A stretch of 32,000 nt of DNA, from NCBI GenBank assembly GCA_043808785.1, contig JAZDEL010000004.1, positions 150,001 to 182,000 on the forward strand, in the 5' to 3' direction. Both the position numbers and the translations under genes were made by a program. Shown one piece after another: positions 1 to 6,923 of this stretch. Below the pieces are notes generated by a model that was not told the DNA's origin, did no database searches, and saw only the letters and a list, made by a program, of their open reading frames with translations. Origin of the DNA: Candidatus Iainarchaeum sp. (GTDB lineage: Archaea > Iainarchaeota > Iainarchaeia > Iainarchaeales > JAZDEL01). Numbering within the stretch: the stretch's first letter is position 1; every line of letters begins with the position of its first letter.

Positions 1-85
1 AGGCTTGTATTTATGCGGGTTCACAGAACCCGCGACGTACGCGGCATGCGCGATCGCAAGCGCGCTTCAAGTCCCTCCGGAGGCT
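1..85 (+). tRNA. 3' terminal part of an intron-containing tRNA gene that begins upstream of the window (intron tail 1-65, then T-loop, T-stem and acceptor 3' strand 66-85)
   Basis: 66-72 TTCAAGT (T-loop), 73-77 CCCTC, 78-84 CGGAGGC, 85 T discriminator, then T-run 89-94. It is preceded by the hairpin GCGCG-ATCGCAAG-CGCGC (48-65), whose loop is identical to the hairpin that ends the tRNA-Tyr intron (2344-2361). The 5' part is not visible, so the identity is unknown. Confidence 0.4.
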
Positions 86-119
86 CTCTTTTTTAAATTT
101 TCAGAAAATTTGGCTCTCA

Positions 120-524
120 CTACGCGTGCTTTACCAGCTTCTTCAGCGAGAGTATTATGAAAACAATCGCTGTCGCAACAGCGGCGGCGATGAAGTAGCC
201 CAGCCCCGCGGCAAGCCCCACGGCGGCAATCGCCCAGACAGAGGCTGCGGTCGTCAGCCCTTTAACGTGGTTCTCCGCGCGGAAGATGGTGCCTGCGCCG
301 AGGAAGCCTATGCCTGTGACAATGCCCGCAGCAATCCTCGTGGGGTCTGCGCTTGAACCGTCAAAGCCCATTGAAAGGACAGTGAAAAGCGCGGAACCCA
401 TGCATACGAGCATGTGCGTGCGCAGCCCCGCCGCCTCGTCCGACTTCTCGCGCTGGTACCCTACAACAGCGCCGAGAAAGGCGGCAACAATCAGCCGCAA
501 TACAATGTCGGTTTCAGTAAGCAT
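120..524 (-). CDS. MgtC/SapB family membrane protein
   Basis: Translation from MLTETDIVLRLIVAAFLGAVVGYQRE... shows the typical MgtC N-terminal motif and 4-5 TM helices. ATG at 524 was chosen over the upstream ATG at 626 because the protein family begins there and an A/T box lies about 30 nt upstream. Confidence 0.85.
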   Translation of the reverse strand: MLTETDIVLRLIVAAFLGAVVGYQREKSDEAAGLRTHMLVCMGSALFTVLSMGFDGSSADPTRIAAGIVTGIGFLGAGTIFRAENHVKGLTTAASVWAIAAVGLAAGLGYFIAAAVATAIVFIILSLKKLVKHA

Positions 525-594
525 GTAAACTAATATGGGGGAGGTGGTTAATAAATTTTTTGGGCGTTTATTTGTTGGTGAAAAAGGCGGTATT

Positions 595-1044
595 ATGGGG
601 GAAACGGGCAACACAATGCAATTCATAGCGAATTATGACGGCTGGGTTTCGGTTAAAAAACTCAAAATAGAGCCCGCAACCGAGCCGCGCACTATAATGG
701 AATTCCTGGCAAGCCTGGGCACGGGAATTGACGCGAAGGTCGAGGCAAATTTGAGGAAAACCGTCGAGTTGGCAAAGGTGGACGCTGTGCTTGCGCAGGT
801 TCCCGCGGGAAAGAGCGAGGAGCAGATTGCCGGCGTGCTTAAGGCAATGAATTCACGGGCAGTTACAGGGGCGATAAACGAAATAACCGCACTTGAGAAG
901 TTCCAGAAGAACGAGCAGAAGGAATTAGCGGATTTCTGCAGGGTTTATGCCATGAGGAAAAAACTCAGGGAGTGCGGGCTTAATATCGATTATTCGTCCA
1001 TCGAGATACCGGGGATGAAGAAAATCAAGAAGGCGAAGGTCTGA
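595..1044 (+). CDS. hypothetical protein (soluble, Lys/Glu-rich C-terminus)
   Basis: Long ORF in the track (535-1044). TATA-like GTTAATAAATTTTTT at 546-560 favours the ATG at 595 or 616. No family recognised. Confidence 0.5.
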   Translation: MGETGNTMQFIANYDGWVSVKKLKIEPATEPRTIMEFLASLGTGIDAKVEANLRKTVELAKVDAVLAQVPAGKSEEQIAGVLKAMNSRAVTGAINEITALEKFQKNEQKELADFCRVYAMRKKLRECGLNIDYSSIEIPGMKKIKKAKV

Positions 1045-1135
1045 TTGCCTAACGCCCTGCACGCCCGAAATGCACCGCAAACCAACATGCGCCCCGCGGC
1101 AAAAGGTTTAATAACGCCCGAACCGTATTTTGTCC

Positions 1136-1993
1136 ATGGTTTTCTGGTTCGATGTTTCGGCGCTGCACCTTGTGCAGCAGTTCGCGAACCCGCTGCTGGA
1201 CATTTTCTTCCTCGCGGTTACCGAACTCGGCAACCCGCTGTTCTGGCTTTTCATTGCCGCTTTCATTTACTGGCAGGGAAAGGAGGACGATTCCTTTTTC
1301 ATAGTGAACCTCATTACATTCAGCGCGGCCATAAGCGGCATGCTGAAATTTGGGGTTGCAAGGCCGAGGCCCGATGCTTCGGAGTTCAGGGTTATTGCAA
1401 GGGGCATTATGATGCACTCCTTTCCGAGCGCGCATGCGACGCTTGCCGCGTCCGCTTACGGCTATTTTTCCGCGGGGTCGAAAATATTGCGCAGGCTTGC
1501 GCTTGCGCTGCTTGTGCTCCTTGTGGCGGTTTCACGCATTTACCTCGGCGCTCACTTCCTCACGGATGTGCTTGCGGGCTTGCTGATAGGGTATGCGATA
1601 GGGAAGGCGAACTTCCTGCTTAAGCAGAGGCTGAAGGGCGCAAAGTTCCGCCTCACTAAAATCGGGGACGAGCTCGGGCTTGTTGTTGCCGTGGCTGCCG
1701 CTGTTGCGGCGATTGTTTTCGTGCAGCCAATGAGCATCGCGCAGGGCATCTTCGGCTTCTATGCGGGGTTCTTTGCATTCAAATACTTCGGCCAGCCGCA
1801 GTGCGGCGGGAAATGCATGCATCCCGCGCTTAAGCACGGCATAGGCGCGATAGGGCTGTGCGCGCTTGTGCTGCCCGCATATTCGGGAATGCTCGGAAAC
1901 GCCCTGCTTGACGGCTTGCTCTATTTCCTTGCGGGATTGTGGATAAGTTTCCTCTGGCCGCTACTCAGTTCGGGAATACGCCGAAGGGAATAG
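1136..1993 (+). CDS. PAP2-family phosphatase (undecaprenyl-diphosphatase-like) with extended C-terminal membrane domain
   Basis: The three PAP2 motifs are present: KFGVARPRP, PSAH, SRIYLGAHFLTDV. ATG at 1136 lies about 27 nt downstream of GGTTTAATAAC (1105-1115). Confidence 0.85.
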   Translation: MVFWFDVSALHLVQQFANPLLDIFFLAVTELGNPLFWLFIAAFIYWQGKEDDSFFIVNLITFSAAISGMLKFGVARPRPDASEFRVIARGIMMHSFPSAHATLAASAYGYFSAGSKILRRLALALLVLLVAVSRIYLGAHFLTDVLAGLLIGYAIGKANFLLKQRLKGAKFRLTKIGDELGLVVAVAAAVAAIVFVQPMSIAQGIFGFYAGFFAFKYFGQPQCGGKCMHPALKHGIGAIGLCALVLPAYSGMLGNALLDGLLYFLAGLWISFLWPLLSSGIRRRE

Positions 1994-2043
1994 ATTAATA
2001 TATTTTAGCAGGGTAGGTTATTAGGAAGGGGAATGGATAATGC

Positions 2044-2106
2044 GTGCAGGCTAGGCGGGCTGAGCCAAAGCGAAGCCCCCCGGATCGTGCACGGATCCTT
2101 CCGTGC
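2044..2106 (+). ncRNA. conserved 63-nt structured leader module abutting tRNA +1 (copy A)
   Basis: Near-identical to 15061-15123: GTGCAGGCTAG, a hairpin with a GAGC..GCGAA loop, then CGGATCGTGCACGGATCCYTCCGTGC. It ends exactly at the tRNA-Tyr 5' end. A/T-rich boxes lie 25-45 nt upstream. Confidence 0.5.
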
Positions 2107-2397
2107 CCCGCCTTAGCATAGTAGCCAATGCGTTCGGCTGTAGTTGAGCCTTTCTTTTGCAAAGAAAGCCTCGGGAAAGAAAGGAATTTTGCTTCGCAAA
2201 ATTCAATCAGAATTCCCGCGGCTGAAAGGAAAGGCGATGCGAACCGTTCGGAACGGTTGTGTGCCATTTTTGATGGCATGGCGCATTTGCGAGAGGAAGG
2301 AAGGCTAGTTCCATCGAGCGAGAGCGAAGATGGAACGCGGCACATCCGATCGCAAGCGGATACCGAAAGATCCCCGGTGCAACTCCGGGAGGCGGGA
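2107..2397 (+). tRNA. tRNA-Tyr(GUA) with a ~218-nt intron at the canonical 37/38 position (intron about 2144-2361)
   Basis: Hand fold of all four arms:
- Acceptor CCCGCCT/AGGCGGG (C1-G72, the archaeal Tyr identity pair), with A73.
- D-stem GCAT/ATGC.
- Anticodon stem TTCGG/CCGAA, loop CT-GTA-G|A.
- T-stem CCCGG/CCGGG.
A T-run follows the gene (2398-2412).
Caveat: the T-loop is TGCAACT (G at position 55) and the D-loop AGTAGCCA lacks GG. Confidence 0.7.
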
Positions 2398-2420
2398 TTT
2401 TCTTATTTTTTCCGTGCGCA

Positions 2421-2588
2421 TTAAGGCTGCTTCCTTAAAACAACCTTTCCGTCCTTTGAAACAGCCCACTGCAGTTTGTCCTTGTCCTTCAGTTTCAGGA
2501 ACCTGAACACGCGCTTAGGCACCGTGGTCCTGTGCCTGTAGCCCTTTACTGTTACGCCCGATTCCTCGAGGATTATTACTTCATCCAT
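2421..2588 (-). CDS. small AbrB/MazE/SpoVT-family DNA-binding protein (55 aa, below the ORF-track cutoff)
   Basis: Own translation: MDEVIILEESGVTVKGYRHRTTVPKRVFRFLKLKDKDKLQWAVSKDGKVVLRKQP. This has the swapped-hairpin AbrB-like pattern (T.VPK.V...L.L..GD.L). The gene is divergent from pstS. Confidence 0.65.
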   Translation of the reverse strand: MDEVIILEESGVTVKGYRHRTTVPKRVFRFLKLKDKDKLQWAVSKDGKVVLRKQP

Positions 2589-2610
2589 AAAAATGCAGCC
2601 TGAGAAGAAA

Positions 2611-2682
2611 TATTGATACTATATTGATATGCACCGCCATATTTATAAGGTGTTGGAATACTATTGGTATACAATTGGTATT
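2611..2682. promoter_or_regulatory. pstS / AbrB divergent promoter: TATA box flanked by two pairs of 11-bp-phased direct repeats
   Basis: TATTGATAC (2611-2619) and TATTGATAT (2622-2630) lie upstream of ATATTTATAA (2639-2648). TATTGGTAT (2662-2670) and AATTGGTAT (2673-2681) lie downstream of it. Confidence 0.5.
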
Positions 2683-2712
2683 GGCGGTTAACAAAATTAC
2701 GGAGGCGAAAAA

Positions 2713-3690
2713 ATGGAAATGAAACTCATATTTGCCGCGGCCGCACTCGCGCTTGTCTTGCTTGTTGCTGGCTGCGCGGGCAACGGCGATGCATCCCAGG
2801 GCGGCGGCACGCAGGGCGGGGAGAAAAGCACGATAAAGGTTTCGGGCGCATGGGCCCTTTATCCCCTGATGGTAAAGTGGGGCGAGGAATACAACAAGGT
2901 TAACCCGAATGTGAAGGTGGAAGTTTCGGCAGGCGGCGCGGGAAAGGGAATGACCGATGCGCTTGCAGGGCTTGTTGAAATGGGCATGGTTTCAAGGTCA
3001 ATTTACCCTGAAGAAATCGAAAAGGGCGCATTCTATGTGACGGTTACCGAGGATGCGGTTGTTGCTGTTGTGAACAAGGGCAACCCCGTGCTCAATGAAC
3101 TCCTTGAAAAGGGAATGTCAAGGGAGGGGTTCGAAAAGATTTACATAAGCGGGGAAACAAAAACCTGGGGCGGGGTTATTGGCAAGCCCGAAATTACGGA
3201 CAAGATAAACGTGTACACGCGCTCCGATTCCGCGGGGGCGCCGGAAACATGGGCAGCATATTTCGGAAAAAAACAGGAGAACCTCCTCGGCATCGGCGTT
3301 TACGGAGACCCGGGGCTTTCGGAAGCTGTGAGGAAGGACAGGCTCGGCGTAGGCTACAACAACATAGGTTACGCATATGACATGAAAACAAAGAAGCAAA
3401 TCAGCGGGATTGCGGTTGTGCCTATAGACACAAGCGGGAACGGGAAGATAGATGCGGATGAGATGGTGTATGAAAACATAGACACGCTCACTGATGCTAT
3501 AGGCGCGAACAAATACCCGCATCCGCCTGCAAGGGGCCTGAACCTTGTGGTAAAGGAAAAATTCACCGGCGCGACAAAGGATTTCGTGAAGTGGATTCTC
3601 ACCGACGGCCAGCAATATGTGAAGGAGAGCGGGTATGTGCCTCTGCCCGGTGAATTCGTAAAGGAACAAATCAGGAAGCTCGGGGAGTGA
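2713..3690 (+). CDS. pstS: phosphate ABC transporter substrate-binding lipoprotein PstS
   Basis: Signal peptide with lipobox LLVAGC. PstS-like sequence (SGAWALYPL..., SAGGAGKG, TRSDSAG). SD GGAGG lies 7 nt upstream. First gene of the pstSCAB order. Confidence 0.9.
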   Translation: MEMKLIFAAAALALVLLVAGCAGNGDASQGGGTQGGEKSTIKVSGAWALYPLMVKWGEEYNKVNPNVKVEVSAGGAGKGMTDALAGLVEMGMVSRSIYPEEIEKGAFYVTVTEDAVVAVVNKGNPVLNELLEKGMSREGFEKIYISGETKTWGGVIGKPEITDKINVYTRSDSAGAPETWAAYFGKKQENLLGIGVYGDPGLSEAVRKDRLGVGYNNIGYAYDMKTKKQISGIAVVPIDTSGNGKIDADEMVYENIDTLTDAIGANKYPHPPARGLNLVVKEKFTGATKDFVKWILTDGQQYVKESGYVPLPGEFVKEQIRKLGE

Positions 3691-3717
3691 GGGCGCAGGG
3701 GAAAGGCGGAATTTCCA

Positions 3718-4617
3718 ATGGGCTGGCGCGAACCTAAGAACGGCATTGCGGAAAGGGCGATGTTTATCCTCACCGCACTTGCGGGGGCAATAATCATAAT
3801 CATTGCCGCGGTGCTGTTCTTCAAGGCGCTCCCGATACTTACATCAAAGCCGACAGGGGAACTGCTGTTCTCCCCGATATGGCAGCCTTGGGGCGGGCAG
3901 TTCGGGTTTTATGCTTTCATCCTCGGCACGCTCTGGGTTACCGCGCTTGCTATGCTGATTGCGGTCCCTGTTTCAATACTTACCGCTGTTTACCTTGCGG
4001 AATATGCCCCCGCAAGGGTCAGGGGAATAATAAAGCCGGCAATAGACCTGCTTGCCGCAATCCCCTCGGTTGTTTACGGATTATGGGGCGTGCTTGTTGT
4101 TGTGCCTTTCATAAGGGATGTGATTGCGCCGATTGCGGGAATTGAGACAACGGGCTACACAATACTTGCGGGCGGAATAGTTCTTGCGATAATGGTTTTT
4201 CCCGTAATAATTTCCGTTTCCACGGAGGTAATTGCCTCGGTTCCGCGGGAATTAAGGGAGGCGTCAAGGGCGCTTGGGGCGACAAAATGGGAAACAGTGA
4301 AATATGTAACCGTGCGAAGCATTTTTCCGGGGATTTTCGCTGCCATAATTCTCGGCTTCGGGCGCGCGATAGGGGAGACAATGGCGGTGCTCATGGTTGT
4401 CGGGAATGTTGCAAAGGTTCCCTCGGGAATTTTCGACCCGGCATATCCTTTGCCGGCGCTTATAGCGAACAATTACGGCGAGATGATGTCAATACCTATG
4501 TACGATTCCGCGCTGCTGCTTGCAGCGCTGATGCTGCTTGCGGGGGTTGTTATTTTCAGCGCTGTTGCGGAGATAACGCTTATGCGCTTCGGGGGGGGAA
4601 TGCATGCACGTGGATAA
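3718..4617 (+). CDS. pstC: phosphate ABC transporter permease PstC
   Basis: Six-TM permease with the EAA-type motif REASRALGATKWETV. Position in the operon. Confidence 0.9.
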   Translation: MGWREPKNGIAERAMFILTALAGAIIIIIAAVLFFKALPILTSKPTGELLFSPIWQPWGGQFGFYAFILGTLWVTALAMLIAVPVSILTAVYLAEYAPARVRGIIKPAIDLLAAIPSVVYGLWGVLVVVPFIRDVIAPIAGIETTGYTILAGGIVLAIMVFPVIISVSTEVIASVPRELREASRALGATKWETVKYVTVRSIFPGIFAAIILGFGRAIGETMAVLMVVGNVAKVPSGIFDPAYPLPALIANNYGEMMSIPMYDSALLLAALMLLAGVVIFSAVAEITLMRFGGGMHARG

Positions 4618-5458
4618 ACGCAGGCTCGAGGAAAATTTCTTCAGGGCGCTGATGCTCTGCTGCACGCTCCTTGTTGTGGGAAGCCTGTTTGCGGTGCTTG
4701 CGGTAATACTCATAAACGGCCTGCCTGCGCTGAGCATTGAAATGCTTACGCAAACCCCGAAGGGCGGATATTATTTGGGGAAAGAGGGCGGGATACTGAA
4801 TGCAATAATCGGCACGATTTATCTTGCAGGCGGGGCAACGGCTGCTGCAATAACGATAAGCCTGCCTGTCGCGCTTTACCTGAACATGCGCCCTGCGAAA
4901 TCAAGGTTCTCGAAATTCGTGAGGAACTCGCTCGACATACTCTGGAGCGTGCCCTCCATAGTTTACGGAATATTCGGATACACAATAATGATTTACATGG
5001 GAATGCGCGCCTCGCTCCTCGGCGGGATAATCGCGTTAACGCTCCTTGAACTGCCGATAATGATAAGGGCGATGGACGAAGTGATGCGGATTGTTCCGAT
5101 GAAACTTATGGAGGCGTCATACGCGCTCGGTGCCACAAAAATCAGGACAGCACTGGATGTGATTGCAAGGCAGGCAATGCCCGGCATAACAATGGCTGTG
5201 ATGCTTGCATTGGGCAGGGCAGCGGGTGATGCTGCATCCGTGCTTTTCACAGCGGGATACAGCGACAATATTCCCTCCTCGCTTTTTGAACCCGTGGCTT
5301 CGCTCCCGCTTGCGGTTTTCTTCCAGTTAGGCACGCCGTTCCCCGAGGTGCAGCAGAGGGCATATGCATCCGCAGCGGTGCTGCTTGTGATGATGCTCCT
5401 GCTGAGCGCGGGTGCGAGGGTTGCGACAAAAAGGTTTTCCGCATATGTTGTGAGGTGA
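4604..5458 (+). CDS. pstA: phosphate ABC transporter permease PstA
   Basis: Permease with MEASYALGATKIRT. Overlaps the pstC end by 14 nt. Confidence 0.9.
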   Translation: MHVDKRRLEENFFRALMLCCTLLVVGSLFAVLAVILINGLPALSIEMLTQTPKGGYYLGKEGGILNAIIGTIYLAGGATAAAITISLPVALYLNMRPAKSRFSKFVRNSLDILWSVPSIVYGIFGYTIMIYMGMRASLLGGIIALTLLELPIMIRAMDEVMRIVPMKLMEASYALGATKIRTALDVIARQAMPGITMAVMLALGRAAGDAASVLFTAGYSDNIPSSLFEPVASLPLAVFFQLGTPFPEVQQRAYASAAVLLVMMLLLSAGARVATKRFSAYVVR

Positions 5459-5464
5459 ACTTGA

Positions 5465-6262
5465 ATGAAGGCGAAAATAACGGCAGAGAACCTGAAGGTT
5501 TCCCGCGTGCCTGCGAAAATAAAAATAGAAAACCTGAATGTTTCCTACGAAAAGCACGCCGTGCTTAAGGGCGTAAGCCTGGAAATTCCCGAAAAGAAAA
5601 TAACGGTTATAATCGGCTCATCCGGCTGCGGGAAAACCACGCTGCTGAAAACCCTAAACAGGCTCACGGACATTGTTGAAGGGGTGAAAACCACGGGCAG
5701 GGTAAGGGTGGATGGCAAGGATGTTTTCGGGAACAATGCGGATGTGAACTCAATAAGGAAAAAAATGGGGTTCATATCGCAGACGCCCAACCCCCTGCCG
5801 ATGTCGATTTACGACAACATAACTTATGGGCCAAGGATTCACGGCACTAGGGGCAAGGGGGAACTTGATGCAATAGTTGAGCGCTGCCTGAGGAGCGCTG
5901 GGCTGTGGAACGAACTTAAGGGAAGGCTGAAGGAGCCTGCAACAAGGCTTTCGGTGGGGCAGCAGCAGCGGCTCTGCCTTGCAAGGGCGCTTGCAGTGGA
6001 GCCTGAAATAATACTCTGTGACGAGCCAACCTCCGCGCTTGACCCGATTTCAGCAAGGCATATCGAGGAGGAACTGCTCGCGCTGAAAAAGGATTACACA
6101 ATTGTTTTCGTGACGCACATACTCAGGCAGGCGAAGAGGCTTGCGGATTATGCGGTTTTCATGAACATTGGCGAGATTGTGGAGCAGGGGGATGCGAAAA
6201 AGGTTTTTGAAAAGCCTTCCGACCCGAGGACAAGGGCATACATTAAGGGGGAATTCAGCTGA
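5465..6262 (+). CDS. pstB: phosphate ABC transporter ATP-binding protein PstB
   Basis: Walker A GSSGCGKTT, signature LSVGQQQRL, Walker B ILCDEPTSALD, and PstB-type C-terminus TRAYIKGEF. Confidence 0.95.
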   Translation: MKAKITAENLKVSRVPAKIKIENLNVSYEKHAVLKGVSLEIPEKKITVIIGSSGCGKTTLLKTLNRLTDIVEGVKTTGRVRVDGKDVFGNNADVNSIRKKMGFISQTPNPLPMSIYDNITYGPRIHGTRGKGELDAIVERCLRSAGLWNELKGRLKEPATRLSVGQQQRLCLARALAVEPEIILCDEPTSALDPISARHIEEELLALKKDYTIVFVTHILRQAKRLADYAVFMNIGEIVEQGDAKKVFEKPSDPRTRAYIKGEFS

Positions 6263-6376
6263 GGGTTTGGGCGCAAGAGGGCATTTAGGCTTTCCCCTAA
6301 CAAAAAAAGAAAGAATTTATTAACAGGAATGGAGAGTTAATATGCCCCGCAAGTTCGGGGCGGAAGGGGTGTGTTT

Positions 6377-6922
6377 ATGGGAAAGGCTTTTGCGTTTGGC
6401 GCGGTTCTTGCACTCGGGCTGATTGCGCTTTCATTCGGCTGCGCGCAGCAGCAGGGCAACGGGCAGATAGTTGGGGGGGATAAGGACGAGCACGGCTGCA
6501 TAGGTTCCGCGGGATACAGCTGGTGCGGGGCAAAGCAGGAATGCCTGCGCACATGGGAGGAAGAGTGCACTGCGCAGGGTTCGGGCACAGAAATAAATAA
6601 TTTCGAAGAGTGCGTTGCCGCGGGCAATCCCGTGATAGAAAGTTACCCGAGGAAGTGCAGCACGGGGGCGAAAACTTTCACGGAGGAGATCCCCGCACAG
6701 GCGCTGACTGAGGAAGAGGCGAGGGAAATTGCGCAGAACAGTTCGTGCATCGAGAACGGCGCGCTTAAGGAGAGCGCTTTCCGCAACGATAACACGAAAA
6801 CATGGTGGATTGATCTGGAGCCCGCGGAAGCGCAGGGTGGCTGCAGCCCCGCGTGCGTTGTGAGCGAGGAAAGCAAAACAGCGGAAACGAACTGGAGATG
6901 CACGGGGCTGGTGCCGGAATAG
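6377..6922 (+). CDS. secreted Cys-rich lipoprotein, unknown function
   Basis: Lipobox LSFGC. SD GGAAGGGGTG lies 5 nt before the ATG at 6377. Cys-rich motifs HGCIGSAGYSWCGAKQEC and FEECVAAGNPVIESYPRKC. Confidence 0.6.
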   Translation: MGKAFAFGAVLALGLIALSFGCAQQQGNGQIVGGDKDEHGCIGSAGYSWCGAKQECLRTWEEECTAQGSGTEINNFEECVAAGNPVIESYPRKCSTGAKTFTEEIPAQALTEEEAREIAQNSSCIENGALKESAFRNDNTKTWWIDLEPAEAQGGCSPACVVSEESKTAETNWRCTGLVPE

Positions 6923-6923
6923 G

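Noticed and set aside
1045-1623. 192-aa plus-strand ORF upstream of and overlapping the PAP2 gene
   Set aside because: It is in a different frame from the motif-bearing PAP2 ORF. It is Arg/Ala/Cys-rich, and the promoter geometry supports the ATG at 1136.
2144-2361. C/D-box sRNA inside the tRNA-Tyr intron, as in haloarchaeal tRNA-Trp
   Set aside because: Only a degenerate TGATGG (about 2271) and a CTGA (about 2224) are present. They are in the wrong order and spacing, and no guide/terminal-stem arrangement is visible.
1995-2424. ORFs 1995-2345 (minus) and 2128-2424 (plus) as protein genes, for example an intron-encoded endonuclease
   Set aside because: They overlap the tRNA-Tyr exons and the hairpin-dense intron. 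No LAGLIDADG or other endonuclease motif is present, the composition is odd, and there is no start context.
6263-6376. phoU or another regulator downstream of pstB
   Set aside because: The spacer holds only a promoter-like A/T box and a short out-of-frame ATG (6342). The next gene is an unrelated secreted Cys-rich lipoprotein.
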